The notes beneath the pieces were generated by a model. That model did not search any database and had not been told where the DNA came from. It saw nothing but the letters and a program-made list of their open reading frames with translations. From contig CAVZMH010000016.1 in assembly GCA_963776345.1 (NCBI GenBank), forward strand, positions 96,001 to 160,000: DNA of 64,000 nt, written 5' to 3'. Source of the DNA: an uncultured delta proteobacterium. Lineage in GTDB: Bacteria > Myxococcota > Myxococcia > Myxococcales > Myxococcaceae. Of this stretch, positions 45,845-53,989 are shown one piece after another (the first letter of the stretch is position 1; each line of letters opens with the position of its first letter). The translations under genes and the position numbers were made by a program.

Positions 45845-46905
45845 TGAGACGCCTGCTCTGGCCCTTGCTCCTCTCGCTGCCGCTGGCGGGCTGCACCTGC
45901 CACTCCACTCACAGCACCGAGGTCGGAGTGCTGACCCGCCGGGCAAGCCTCGGCGGGCTGCTCGGAAAGCCGGGCATCCAGACCGAGGTGTACGCGCCCG
46001 GAGCGACGTACATCTTCCCGGTCTTCCTCACCGACTGGCACACCTTCGACGTCTCGCTGCAAAATCTGGTGATGATCCGGGACCCGAAGAAGGGTGGAGA
46101 CCGGAACGCCGAGGACGATCTCTTCTTCAAGACCATCGACGGAAACGACATCCGGGTGGACGTGACGGTGGCCTGGGCCGTCGACCCGAGGCGCGCGCCG
46201 TATCTCCTGAACAAGGTGGGCGACAGCACCGACCAGGTGAAGGAGAAGCTGGTGCGTCCCGCGTGCCGGAGCGTGGTGCGCGACGTCCTGAACTCGCTCC
46301 GGAGCGAGGAGTTCTACGTCTCCGAGAAGCGCTTCGCCAAGGCAGCCGAGGCGCGGGATCTCCTGGCGGCGGTGCTCGAGCCCGAGGGGATCCTGGTGCG
46401 GCAGGTGATCCTCGGCGAGCACCACTTCAGCCCCGAGTACGAGAAGGTCATCCGGGACAAGAAGCTGGCCGAGCAGAACAGCGAGCGGATGCGGAGCGAG
46501 GCCCGCGCCGCGGCCGAGCAGGTGAAGAGCGAGCTGCAGAAGGCGAAGGGCACCGTGAACCAGCAGCTCGCCGCCGCCCAGGGCACGCTGGACACCGCCA
46601 GGCTCGCCGCCGACGCTCAGCTGTTCCAGAACCAGAAGCAGGCCGAGGCGCTGGTGGCGGAGAAGAAGGCCCGCGCCCAGGGGGTCAGGAAGCAGAACGA
46701 GGCGCTCGCCGGGAGCGGCGGGACGGCGCTGGTGAAGCTGAAGATCGCCGAGGCCCTCGCCGGGAAGGATCTCTTCTTCCTGCCCGGCGGCAAGTCGGGC
46801 GTGGGCATCCAGACGCTCAACCTGAACCAGCTGCTGCAGGCGGTCACCGCGCAGCAGGCGGTGCAGTCCGTGGAGCCCACCAAGCCGGCCGAGACCGTGC
46901 GCTGA
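45841..46905 (+). CDS. SPFH/Band 7 lipoprotein
   Basis: LPLAGC lipobox; KTIDGNDIRVDVTVAWAV; coiled coil; ATGA overlap with the partner gene. Confidence 0.88.
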   Translation: MMRRLLWPLLLSLPLAGCTCHSTHSTEVGVLTRRASLGGLLGKPGIQTEVYAPGATYIFPVFLTDWHTFDVSLQNLVMIRDPKKGGDRNAEDDLFFKTIDGNDIRVDVTVAWAVDPRRAPYLLNKVGDSTDQVKEKLVRPACRSVVRDVLNSLRSEEFYVSEKRFAKAAEARDLLAAVLEPEGILVRQVILGEHHFSPEYEKVIRDKKLAEQNSERMRSEARAAAEQVKSELQKAKGTVNQQLAAAQGTLDTARLAADAQLFQNQKQAEALVAEKKARAQGVRKQNEALAGSGGTALVKLKIAEALAGKDLFFLPGGKSGVGIQTLNLNQLLQAVTAQQAVQSVEPTKPAETVR

Positions 46906-46981
46906 GCAGCTCCGGGCTGAGGTAGCCTGTCGCCGTGCGACGCGCGCCGGCGGTGGAGCTCGCAGTGGCGGGAGGGCGACC

Positions 46982-48565
46982 ATGACCGCCCCGGCGCACC
47001 CGCGCATCTCGTACGACACCGTCCCCTACCCCACCTTCGCGCAGCGGCAGACGCATCCCGACCGCCTCGCGGTCCAGGCCACGCTCCTGGGGATGACGCC
47101 GGCGCCGGTGGAGCGGTGCCGCGTGCTGGAGATCGCCTGCGGCGATGGCAGCAACCTCGTCCCCATGGCCTTCCATCTTCCGGGGAGCGAGTTCGTCGGC
47201 GTCGACCGCGCCGGCGCCCCGATCGAGCGCGCGCGGGGCATGGCCGCGGACCTCGGGCTGGGGAACGTCCGCTTCCTCCGGTGCGACCTCGCCGAGCTGC
47301 CGGCGGACCTGGGCTCGTTCGACTACCTCATCGCCCACGGCGTCTACTCCTGGGTCTCGCCGGAGGTGCAGGACGCGCTCCTCGCGGCGTGCCATCGGCA
47401 CCTCTCCGCCCGGGGCATCGGGTACGTCAGCTACAACACCTACCCGGGCAACCACCTCCGCCAGATGGTCCGGGAGATGATGCTCTTTCACCTGCGCGGG
47501 GTGGACGATCCCGCCCGCCTCCTGGAGCAGGGCATCGCCCTGGCGCGCTTCGTGGCCGAGTCGCAGTCGAGCCCCGACGCCTACGGCCAGCTCCTCCGCA
47601 TCGAGCTGGAGCGCTTCCTCAGCGTGGACGGCAACTACCTGCTCCACGACACGCTGGAGGAGCACAACCTCCCGCTCTACTTCCACGAGTTCGCCGAGCG
47701 CGCCTCGCGGCATGGGCTGCAGTACCTCGCCGAGGCCGACTTCCACGAGATGCTGGACTGGGGGTTCCAGCCCGAGGTCTCCAAGACCCTCGGCCAGCTG
47801 GGCAGCAACCGCATCGCGCGCGAGCAGTACCTGGACTTCCTCAAGTGCCGCTGCTTCCGGCAGACCCTCCTCTGCCACCAGGACATCCCGCTCGACCTCT
47901 CGCTCCGACCCGAGCTGGCCCGCCGCTTCCTGATCGCCGGCCCCTCCCGCCCGGAGACGGACCAGGTCGACCTCGACCGGCGCACGCCCCAGCGCTTCGT
48001 CCATCCGCAGGGGGCCTCCCTCCGCACCGACTGGCCCGTGGCCAAGGCGGCGCTCCTGCTCCTCGGCGAGCGCTGGCCCCGGGCCCTCCCCTTCGACGAG
48101 CTGCTCCGCCTCTCGCTCGCCGGCGTCCCGGAGGGGGCCGCCGGCCTGTCCGAGCCGGACGCCGCGGACGAGCTCGGCGCGATGCTGCTGCGCGCCTACG
48201 CCTCGGGGCTGGTCGAGCTGCACCTGCACGCGCCCGTCGCCCCGCCCGCCTCCGAGGGGAAGCCGGTGGCCAGCGCGCTCACCCGGTGGGAGGTGCGCTC
48301 CGGCCGGCGGCGGGTCACCGGGCTCTACCACTCCACGATGGCGGTCGACGACGAGCCCACCGCCCGGCTGCTGGCGTGGGCCGACGGCTCGCGCACCAGG
48401 ACCGCGCTGCGCGAGGCGCTCGCCGAGAGCCTGTCCCGGCCGGGGGAGATCCGCATGCCCGACGGAGCGCCCGCGGCGTCCATCGAGCAGGCGAGGAGCT
48501 TCCTGGTCGGGTCCTTCGATCGGACGGTGGACCGGCTGGTCCGGATGGGGCTGCTGGTCGCCTGA
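46982..48565 (+). CDS. Class I SAM methyltransferase with regulatory domain, PKMT-like protein-lysine methyltransferase
   Basis: YDTVPY...THP...RVLEIACGDGSNL...FDYLIAHGVYSWV...VSYNTYPG...YLLHDTLEEHNLPLYF...EQYLDF...FRQTLLC, plus C-terminal winged-helix-like DGSRT. Confidence 0.85.
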   Translation: MTAPAHPRISYDTVPYPTFAQRQTHPDRLAVQATLLGMTPAPVERCRVLEIACGDGSNLVPMAFHLPGSEFVGVDRAGAPIERARGMAADLGLGNVRFLRCDLAELPADLGSFDYLIAHGVYSWVSPEVQDALLAACHRHLSARGIGYVSYNTYPGNHLRQMVREMMLFHLRGVDDPARLLEQGIALARFVAESQSSPDAYGQLLRIELERFLSVDGNYLLHDTLEEHNLPLYFHEFAERASRHGLQYLAEADFHEMLDWGFQPEVSKTLGQLGSNRIAREQYLDFLKCRCFRQTLLCHQDIPLDLSLRPELARRFLIAGPSRPETDQVDLDRRTPQRFVHPQGASLRTDWPVAKAALLLLGERWPRALPFDELLRLSLAGVPEGAAGLSEPDAADELGAMLLRAYASGLVELHLHAPVAPPASEGKPVASALTRWEVRSGRRRVTGLYHSTMAVDDEPTARLLAWADGSRTRTALREALAESLSRPGEIRMPDGAPAASIEQARSFLVGSFDRTVDRLVRMGLLVA

Positions 48566-48589
48566 GCGAGAGGCCGGACCGCCCGAGGG

Positions 48590-49657
48590 TCAGTCCGAGC
48601 TGCCGGAGCCGCCGGACGCGCCGAAGGCGATCCGCTCGCAGTACATCTCACCCTTGATGGTGCGGTACTTCTCGGCCGCGTTGGCGTTCACCGGCGCGAC
48701 CCGGAAGACCCCCAGGTGGCTGAAGCTCAGGGTGAACAGCGGACGGAGGCGGGCGTCGAGGTAGTCCAGCGTCCCGCTCCGCTCCCGGTCGTCCCCGTTG
48801 TTGCCCTGGACGACGAAGTCCTGGTGCCAGTCGTAGAAGGACTGCGCGTGGCTGTCGGGGACGGTCACCACCAGGTCGGAGAAATCCACGCCCGCCGGCT
48901 GCTTCTGGACGTCGCGCGTCTCTCCGACCGCGTTCTCCACGATCTTCTGCTTGATGGTGATGGCCTCGATCTTCAGGGCGCGCGAGGTCGCGTCGGCGAG
49001 CCCGTCGATCTTCAGCTTGAAGTCGGAGGTGCGCCACTTGTCCGCGACGATGTCGAACTTGATCGCCGCGCCGCTGCCCTTCTTGGTCCGGGTGAGCTCG
49101 GGGGAGAACTTCACCGTCATCTTGGCCGTCGCGCGCGAGGAGGCGTCGAGCGCCGGCAGGTCCACCTCGGAGAGGAGCGCGTTCGAGAACTCGAGACGGG
49201 AGAGCTCCCGGGCGCTCTGGTCGGACTCGATCACCGCGCCGGTCTTCGGCTTCGGCTGCAGGGTGAGGGTGTCCTGGATCCACTGGTAGAAGGCCTTGCT
49301 CATCCCGGTGCCGCAGTTGACCGTGATGTCCTCGTACTTGATCGCGCCGATGTGCTTCTTGGCGAAGCCATCGGGTCCGACCTTCTCGGTCACCACGTCG
49401 CCCACCGCGCTCCCGCCGTCCACGGACTGGATCCAGCCGGCGAAGGACCCGTCCAGCTCCAGCCCGAACTTCGCGGTGGCGCGCGAGGCGAAGCGCAGGG
49501 CGGCCTCGTCGCTCGCGACGGCGGCGGTCGCATCGGCCGCCGCCGGATCCCCCGGGGCACCCGCGTTCTCCGCAGCAGCGACTCCGCAGCCCGTCCCGGC
49601 GACGGCGGCGGCGGTGACGCCGAGCGCCTTCAGGAACTCTCGCCGGTCGTTCGACAT
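48590..49657 (-). CDS. Tat-signal protein with two tandem T4 gp19/eCIS-type tail-tube domains (355 aa)
   Basis: MSNDRREFLK Tat motif, hydrophobic stretch, GTGC. Domain 1 about aa 62-187 (FGLELDG...KYEDITV...FYQWIQD...LEFSNA...PALDASS). Domain 2 about aa 211-345 (FKLKIDG...FSDLVV...FYDWHQD...RSGTL...YCE). Confidence 0.82.
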   Translation of the reverse strand: MSNDRREFLKALGVTAAAVAGTGCGVAAAENAGAPGDPAAADATAAVASDEAALRFASRATAKFGLELDGSFAGWIQSVDGGSAVGDVVTEKVGPDGFAKKHIGAIKYEDITVNCGTGMSKAFYQWIQDTLTLQPKPKTGAVIESDQSARELSRLEFSNALLSEVDLPALDASSRATAKMTVKFSPELTRTKKGSGAAIKFDIVADKWRTSDFKLKIDGLADATSRALKIEAITIKQKIVENAVGETRDVQKQPAGVDFSDLVVTVPDSHAQSFYDWHQDFVVQGNNGDDRERSGTLDYLDARLRPLFTLSFSHLGVFRVAPVNANAAEKYRTIKGEMYCERIAFGASGGSGSSD

Positions 49658-49770
49658 CCGTAGACCCCCGGTCCAGAGGGGGAACGGTTCCACACCCGCT
49701 CGGCCGCCCGCAAGACGCGGGGCCCCGGAAGCCGCGCTCGGGCCCGGGTCCGTTTCACCCCTGGGCGAGT

Positions 49771-50268
49771 TCAGGGGGCGCGATCGAGCGTGTTGCTGCC
49801 CGAGATCTCGCAGGTGAACGTGCCGAGGGTGCTGGTCTGCGTGGCATCGAGGCTGAAGACCTCGATCATCTGCGAGGCGTCGCTGGGCTTGAGCTCCATG
49901 AGCAGGCTCTTGAGCTTGTAGAGCGTGGTCATCGGGTTGCCGAGCCCATCGGTCCCGCTCACGGTGCACTCCTCGCCGGCCACTCCGCCGGCGTGCGTCG
50001 CGGTGGTCTGGACGACCTTGAACCGGCAGCCGTCGGGGTTCTTGCGCACGAGGGTCCCGGCCTCGTCGACAATCTGGAAGCCGCTTCGCGTGAGGTCGAC
50101 CGTGCGCGAGGTCGTGTAGCAGTTGACGAAGCTGAAGGAGCCCTGCTGGTACTGCCACACGCCTAGGAAGCCCGCCCCGCCTCCACCGCCGCCACCACCC
50201 CCGCCGCACGAGGCCAGCAGCCCCAAGGTGAGCAGCAGCATCGAGGCCGGGCGAAGGAATGAGCGCAT
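49771..50268 (-). CDS. Lipocalin-like beta-rich lipoprotein with poly-Gly tether
   Basis: LLASC lipobox, G10 linker, FLGVWQY (GxW motif), four further Cys, beta-strand pattern. Confidence 0.78.
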   Translation of the reverse strand: MRSFLRPASMLLLTLGLLASCGGGGGGGGGGAGFLGVWQYQQGSFSFVNCYTTSRTVDLTRSGFQIVDEAGTLVRKNPDGCRFKVVQTTATHAGGVAGEECTVSGTDGLGNPMTTLYKLKSLLMELKPSDASQMIEVFSLDATQTSTLGTFTCEISGSNTLDRAP

Positions 50269-50287
50269 GATCGCTGCGCTCCGGGAC

Positions 50288-50303
50288 AGCAAGGCCTGTG
50301 CCT
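50288..50303 (-). promoter_or_regulatory. Putative sigma54 -24/-12 promoter for the lipoprotein and tail-tube genes
   Basis: Minus strand AGGCACAGGCCTTGCT versus consensus TGGCACG-N4-TTGCW, exact GG-N10-GC spacing. Confidence 0.6.
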
Positions 50304-50539
50304 CGCGAGCCTGGGCGCCGTGCCCGCCGGTTGCGCAAGGGTGGCGCACGGGCGCCACCGTCGACGTCCCGGCGCGCATGCATTGCGCTCCCGCAAGCCG
50401 ATGCCATTCCTTGCGGTCGCAGCGGGCACACCGCGACTCATCTCGATCTGCAGCACGGCGCGACACGCTTTTCGGGCAACCTGTTGCGCAGATGGCTACG
50501 CCCGGCGATCGCTCCTCAGCGTTTCCCGTGACTTGAGCG

Positions 50540-50555
50540 TGGCCTCGCCGATGCA
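50540..50555 (+). promoter_or_regulatory. Putative sigma54 promoter for the small membrane protein
   Basis: TGGCCTCGCCGATGCA (GG-N10-GC) about 50 nt before RBS AAAGGAG. Confidence 0.5.
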
Positions 50556-50618
50556 GTGAGGACCGGGCGGACCGGACAACGAGGTCCTCCCCCGAGTCCA
50601 GTTCGAAAGGAGCCCGCC

Positions 50619-50795
50619 ATGTCCACCACCGTGTCGACGCTGTTCTCCTCCTCGTTCAGGAACCACGGCCTCGGCCTCCTCGTCGCCGGCGTCATCTTCT
50701 TCCTCGTCGGTGTCGGCGGGTCCGGCGCGCTCTATGGCAGCTACGTGCAGACCGCCTCAGCGCAGGTTCCCGCCGTGACGTCGGCGAGGGTCTAG
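50619..50795 (+). CDS. Small single-TM protein (58 aa)
   Basis: Strong RBS AAAGGAG; HGLGLLVAGVIFFLVGVGGSGALYG TM segment. Confidence 0.7.
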   Translation: MSTTVSTLFSSSFRNHGLGLLVAGVIFFLVGVGGSGALYGSYVQTASAQVPAVTSARV

Positions 50796-50868
50796 CGTCC
50801 AGATCCGCCCCGGCGCGCAGGGCGAGGACGGTCCCGGCTCACCTGCTTCGATCCGGGCGGGAACGACG

Positions 50869-52644
50869 TCAATGCGCCGGGCTGGCGCCCGGTCGGTCAG
50901 CGGACGGAGGTGTTGGGGGCACGGCGAGGACCGGCTCACGGGGCTTCTCCGGCGCTGCTGTCCCCAGGAGTTGCTCGCGCACGGGTCGGCGCAGGAGCTT
51001 GCCGATCAGCGAGCGCGGCAGCTCGTCGACGAAGGCGATTCGCCGGGGCACGGCGTAGGGCGAGAGGCGCTCCCCCGCCCACGCCCTCACCTGCTCGAGG
51101 CTGACCCGCGGGACCCCCGCGACGGGGACGATCGCCGCGACCACGAGTTCCCCGCTCGTCCCGCCGGGCAGTCCGACGACGGCGACGTCGCTCACCCCCG
51201 GCATCAACCGGAGAATCTCCTCGACCTGCGAGGGGAAGACCTTGAACCCACCAGAGATGATGACTTCCTTGATGCGGTCGGTGAGGACGACGAAGCCGTC
51301 GTCGAGGTGGACCAGGTCTCCGGTGCGCAGCCACCCGCCGGGAAGCATGACCTTCGCGGTCTCCTCGGGCCGGCCGAAGTACCCCTGGCATACCTGGGGG
51401 CCGCGGACGACCAGCTCGCCGAGCTGCCCGGCCGGTACCTCGGTGGCCGGGTCCTCCGGGTCGACGATCCGGAACTCCGTCGACGGGAACGGCAGCCCCA
51501 GCGTCCCCGGGCGGCGCGCCGCCGACAGCGGGTTGCCCATGATGACCGGTGAGCACTCGGTCATCCCGTAGCCTTCGGAGATGAGGCCGCCGGTGACGCG
51601 CTCCCACCGCTCCGCGATCTTGTGGTCGAGCGCCATGGCGCCAGAGATGGAGAAGCGGATCGAGCGAAGGTCAATCCCCCTGTCCTCGGCAGCCCGCGCC
51701 ACCCGGTCGAACATCGGTGGCACGCCGGGGAAGAACGTCGCCGGGTGACGCTTCATCGCCGCGAAGAGCAGGTCCACGTCGAACTTCGGCACGATGAGCT
51801 GCGTCGCCCCGAGGCGCACCGCGAACGTCAGACACAGGGTGAGGCCGAAGGCGTGGAAGAACGGCAGCACGGAGAACACCGTCTCGTTGCCCTCCTCCAT
51901 CCCCTGGACCCAGGCGATGCCCTGCAGCGCGTTGGCCACGAGGTTTCGGTGGCTCAAGGACACGGCCTTGGGCGTACCGGTGGTACCCCCGGTATGCAGG
52001 AGGACGGCGAGGTCTTCCGATGCCGGCTCGGCGTACCCCGCAGAGAGCGGCGGGGCGTAGGCCACGGCGTCGTCCCAGCTGAGGACCCCTCTGGGCACCG
52101 GGCCACGGAGCGCGTCACGCTGCTTGCGCGCCGCGGCGAGGGGCAGCTTGAGCAGGAACCGCGAGCGCCAGGGCAGCGCGGCCGTGAGGTCCACGGAGAA
52201 GACTTTCCGGCCGCGGAGATCACCGTCTGGCGCCACCTGGCCGAGCGTCTTTTCCCAGGCGATGACGAACCGGGCCCCGTGAGCCGCGAGCTGGGCCTGC
52301 AGCTCGGGCGCTGGAGCGAGCGGGTTGTGCTCGGCGACCACGGCTCCGAGGCGGAGCACGGCGTAGAAAGCCACCACGTGCTGGGGGCAGTTCGGCAGCA
52401 CCAGCGCGACCCGGTCGCCGGGGCGGACACCGGCGGCCGCCAGCATTCCGGCGGCACGGGAAACGGCTTCAGCCGCCTCGGCGTAAGTCGTCTCGCCACC
52501 CAGGAAGTCGAAGGCGATTCTATCGGGCCACCGACGGGCTGCGTCCTCGAGAAAACGGCTCACCGGGACGTCCGGGATCTGGACCTCGGCGGGTACGCCA
52601 GGGGCGTAATGCGGTCGGGCGGCGACAGGCTCGGAAGAGAGCAC
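50869..52644 (-). CDS. Long-chain fatty acid-CoA ligase (AMP-binding family)
   Basis: HTGGTTGTPK, EGYGMTE, GWLRTGD, DRIKEVII, LPRSLIGK. Confidence 0.92.
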   Translation of the reverse strand: MLSSEPVAARPHYAPGVPAEVQIPDVPVSRFLEDAARRWPDRIAFDFLGGETTYAEAAEAVSRAAGMLAAAGVRPGDRVALVLPNCPQHVVAFYAVLRLGAVVAEHNPLAPAPELQAQLAAHGARFVIAWEKTLGQVAPDGDLRGRKVFSVDLTAALPWRSRFLLKLPLAAARKQRDALRGPVPRGVLSWDDAVAYAPPLSAGYAEPASEDLAVLLHTGGTTGTPKAVSLSHRNLVANALQGIAWVQGMEEGNETVFSVLPFFHAFGLTLCLTFAVRLGATQLIVPKFDVDLLFAAMKRHPATFFPGVPPMFDRVARAAEDRGIDLRSIRFSISGAMALDHKIAERWERVTGGLISEGYGMTECSPVIMGNPLSAARRPGTLGLPFPSTEFRIVDPEDPATEVPAGQLGELVVRGPQVCQGYFGRPEETAKVMLPGGWLRTGDLVHLDDGFVVLTDRIKEVIISGGFKVFPSQVEEILRLMPGVSDVAVVGLPGGTSGELVVAAIVPVAGVPRVSLEQVRAWAGERLSPYAVPRRIAFVDELPRSLIGKLLRRPVREQLLGTAAPEKPREPVLAVPPTPPSADRPGASPAH

Positions 52645-52778
52645 GGTTCCGCTCCTTTCAGGCCCGGCATCGGAGCGAATTTGCCGGATTGCCAAGCCTT
52701 GAAGAAGGTAACGCAGGCTGGGGCGAGCGCACGCCGCACCGGTGCAGCCGTCCACCTTGCACCGGGGCGCTGTGACCT

Positions 52779-52798
52779 GCCGTTCTCCGGAGAACGGC
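52779..52798. repeat. Perfect 20-bp palindrome in divergent intergenic region
   Basis: GCCGTTCTCCGGAGAACGGC. Confidence 0.8.
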
Positions 52799-52962
52799 GG
52801 TTGTTCTTCCGTCTAGGCGCGCAATCCCTGCACTGGGAGCAGTATGGGTTTCCCGTCCGCGCAAGCCCTTCACGAAGCTTGAGCGCCCTCCTCGCAAGCG
52901 CAACCGGCTTTGAAAATGCAGCCAGTTGAACCTCGGTAGCCGCCTGCCTGCGGGGAGCCGTC

Positions 52963-53961
52963 ATGCCCTGGCGTCGAGCCACTCCGGTCCTCGGGTTCGT
53001 GGTCCTCTGCACTGCCTGCAGCGGGAATGGCGAGGAGCAGGAGCCGCCCTACCTGAGCGTCAACCCGAGCCGCCTGACCATGACTCCCGGCGACCCGCCG
53101 TACACGTTCGCCGCGGACATCATCGAGGGCGGCCCCGCGGACAGCGCCACCGAGGTGTACTGGACCTTGACGGGGCGCGGGACCCTGGGTGCCACCGCAG
53201 GCTCCACGACCACGTACACACCGCCGGACCGGGCCCCGCCCGGGGAGACGGTCACCCTGACGGCGCAATGGCATGACCAGGTGCGCGATGCGGTGATCAC
53301 CCTGTCGCCTCCCCCGGTCGACGTGTCGGGCCGGGTGGTCGAATCCGACGGCCGCGCGATCGCGGGCGCTCGGGTCGAGACCAACCCCTATAGTCCGTAC
53401 GGGCGCTTGCAAACGGCGACCGACGCGTCCGGGAGCTTCAGGCTCGGCGCACTCCGCATCCCGTACGATGTCATCGTCGTCGCGCCTGACAGGGTGACGA
53501 TCGGGATGTTCGAGGGACTGCTCCGCGGGGATCCAAGACTGGTCCTGGTCCGGAGGACGGACGCGGAGGCCGCCGCCACGCGCGCAACACCGGTGAGCGC
53601 CAGCACGCCACTGGCCCTCCCCGCCACGCAGCTCGAGCCGCCGCCGGGCGCGACGGACGTCATCTTCAGGAACGGCGATCCTCACTTCACGTGGACGGCG
53701 TTCCCAGGTGGACTGACGGTCGTCGCGCTGGCCGGACCGCCCGGCGGCTTGTTCGTCTCGATCGTCGCGGCGGGAACCACGTCTTACTCTCCCGACGTCT
53801 GGGAATTCCGGCCGAACGGCGAGACGTGGATTTGGCGGGTGTTCGGCATCGGCGGGGTCGGCACCGTCGACGCGTTCACCGGCTTCCCCACCGACGAAGG
53901 AACGACGTTCACGGTCAGCGAGCCGTGGACATTGACCTTCCGTCACTATGAGGCATTTTGA
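52963..53961 (+). CDS. Lipoprotein with Ig-like and carboxypeptidase-regulatory-like domains
   Basis: VLCTAC lipobox-like; VSGRVVESDGRAIAGARV...TDASGSF. Confidence 0.75.
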   Translation: MPWRRATPVLGFVVLCTACSGNGEEQEPPYLSVNPSRLTMTPGDPPYTFAADIIEGGPADSATEVYWTLTGRGTLGATAGSTTTYTPPDRAPPGETVTLTAQWHDQVRDAVITLSPPPVDVSGRVVESDGRAIAGARVETNPYSPYGRLQTATDASGSFRLGALRIPYDVIVVAPDRVTIGMFEGLLRGDPRLVLVRRTDAEAAATRATPVSASTPLALPATQLEPPPGATDVIFRNGDPHFTWTAFPGGLTVVALAGPPGGLFVSIVAAGTTSYSPDVWEFRPNGETWIWRVFGIGGVGTVDAFTGFPTDEGTTFTVSEPWTLTFRHYEAF

Positions 53962-53989
53962 AATCTGGGGAAGAATACCTGGGACGTGC

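Noticed and set aside
49661..49691. ECF-like GGAACC...GTCTA before the tube gene
   Set aside because: Spacer about 4 nt too long and too close to the ATG.
50392..50406. TGGCATCGGCTTGC sigma54-like motif on the minus strand
   Set aside because: GG-N9-GC spacing is one base short; only valid if a deletion error is present.
48590..50431. 613-aa version of the tube ORF
   Set aside because: The extension overlaps the lipoprotein gene in another frame; ATG 49657 gives a proper N-terminal Tat signal.
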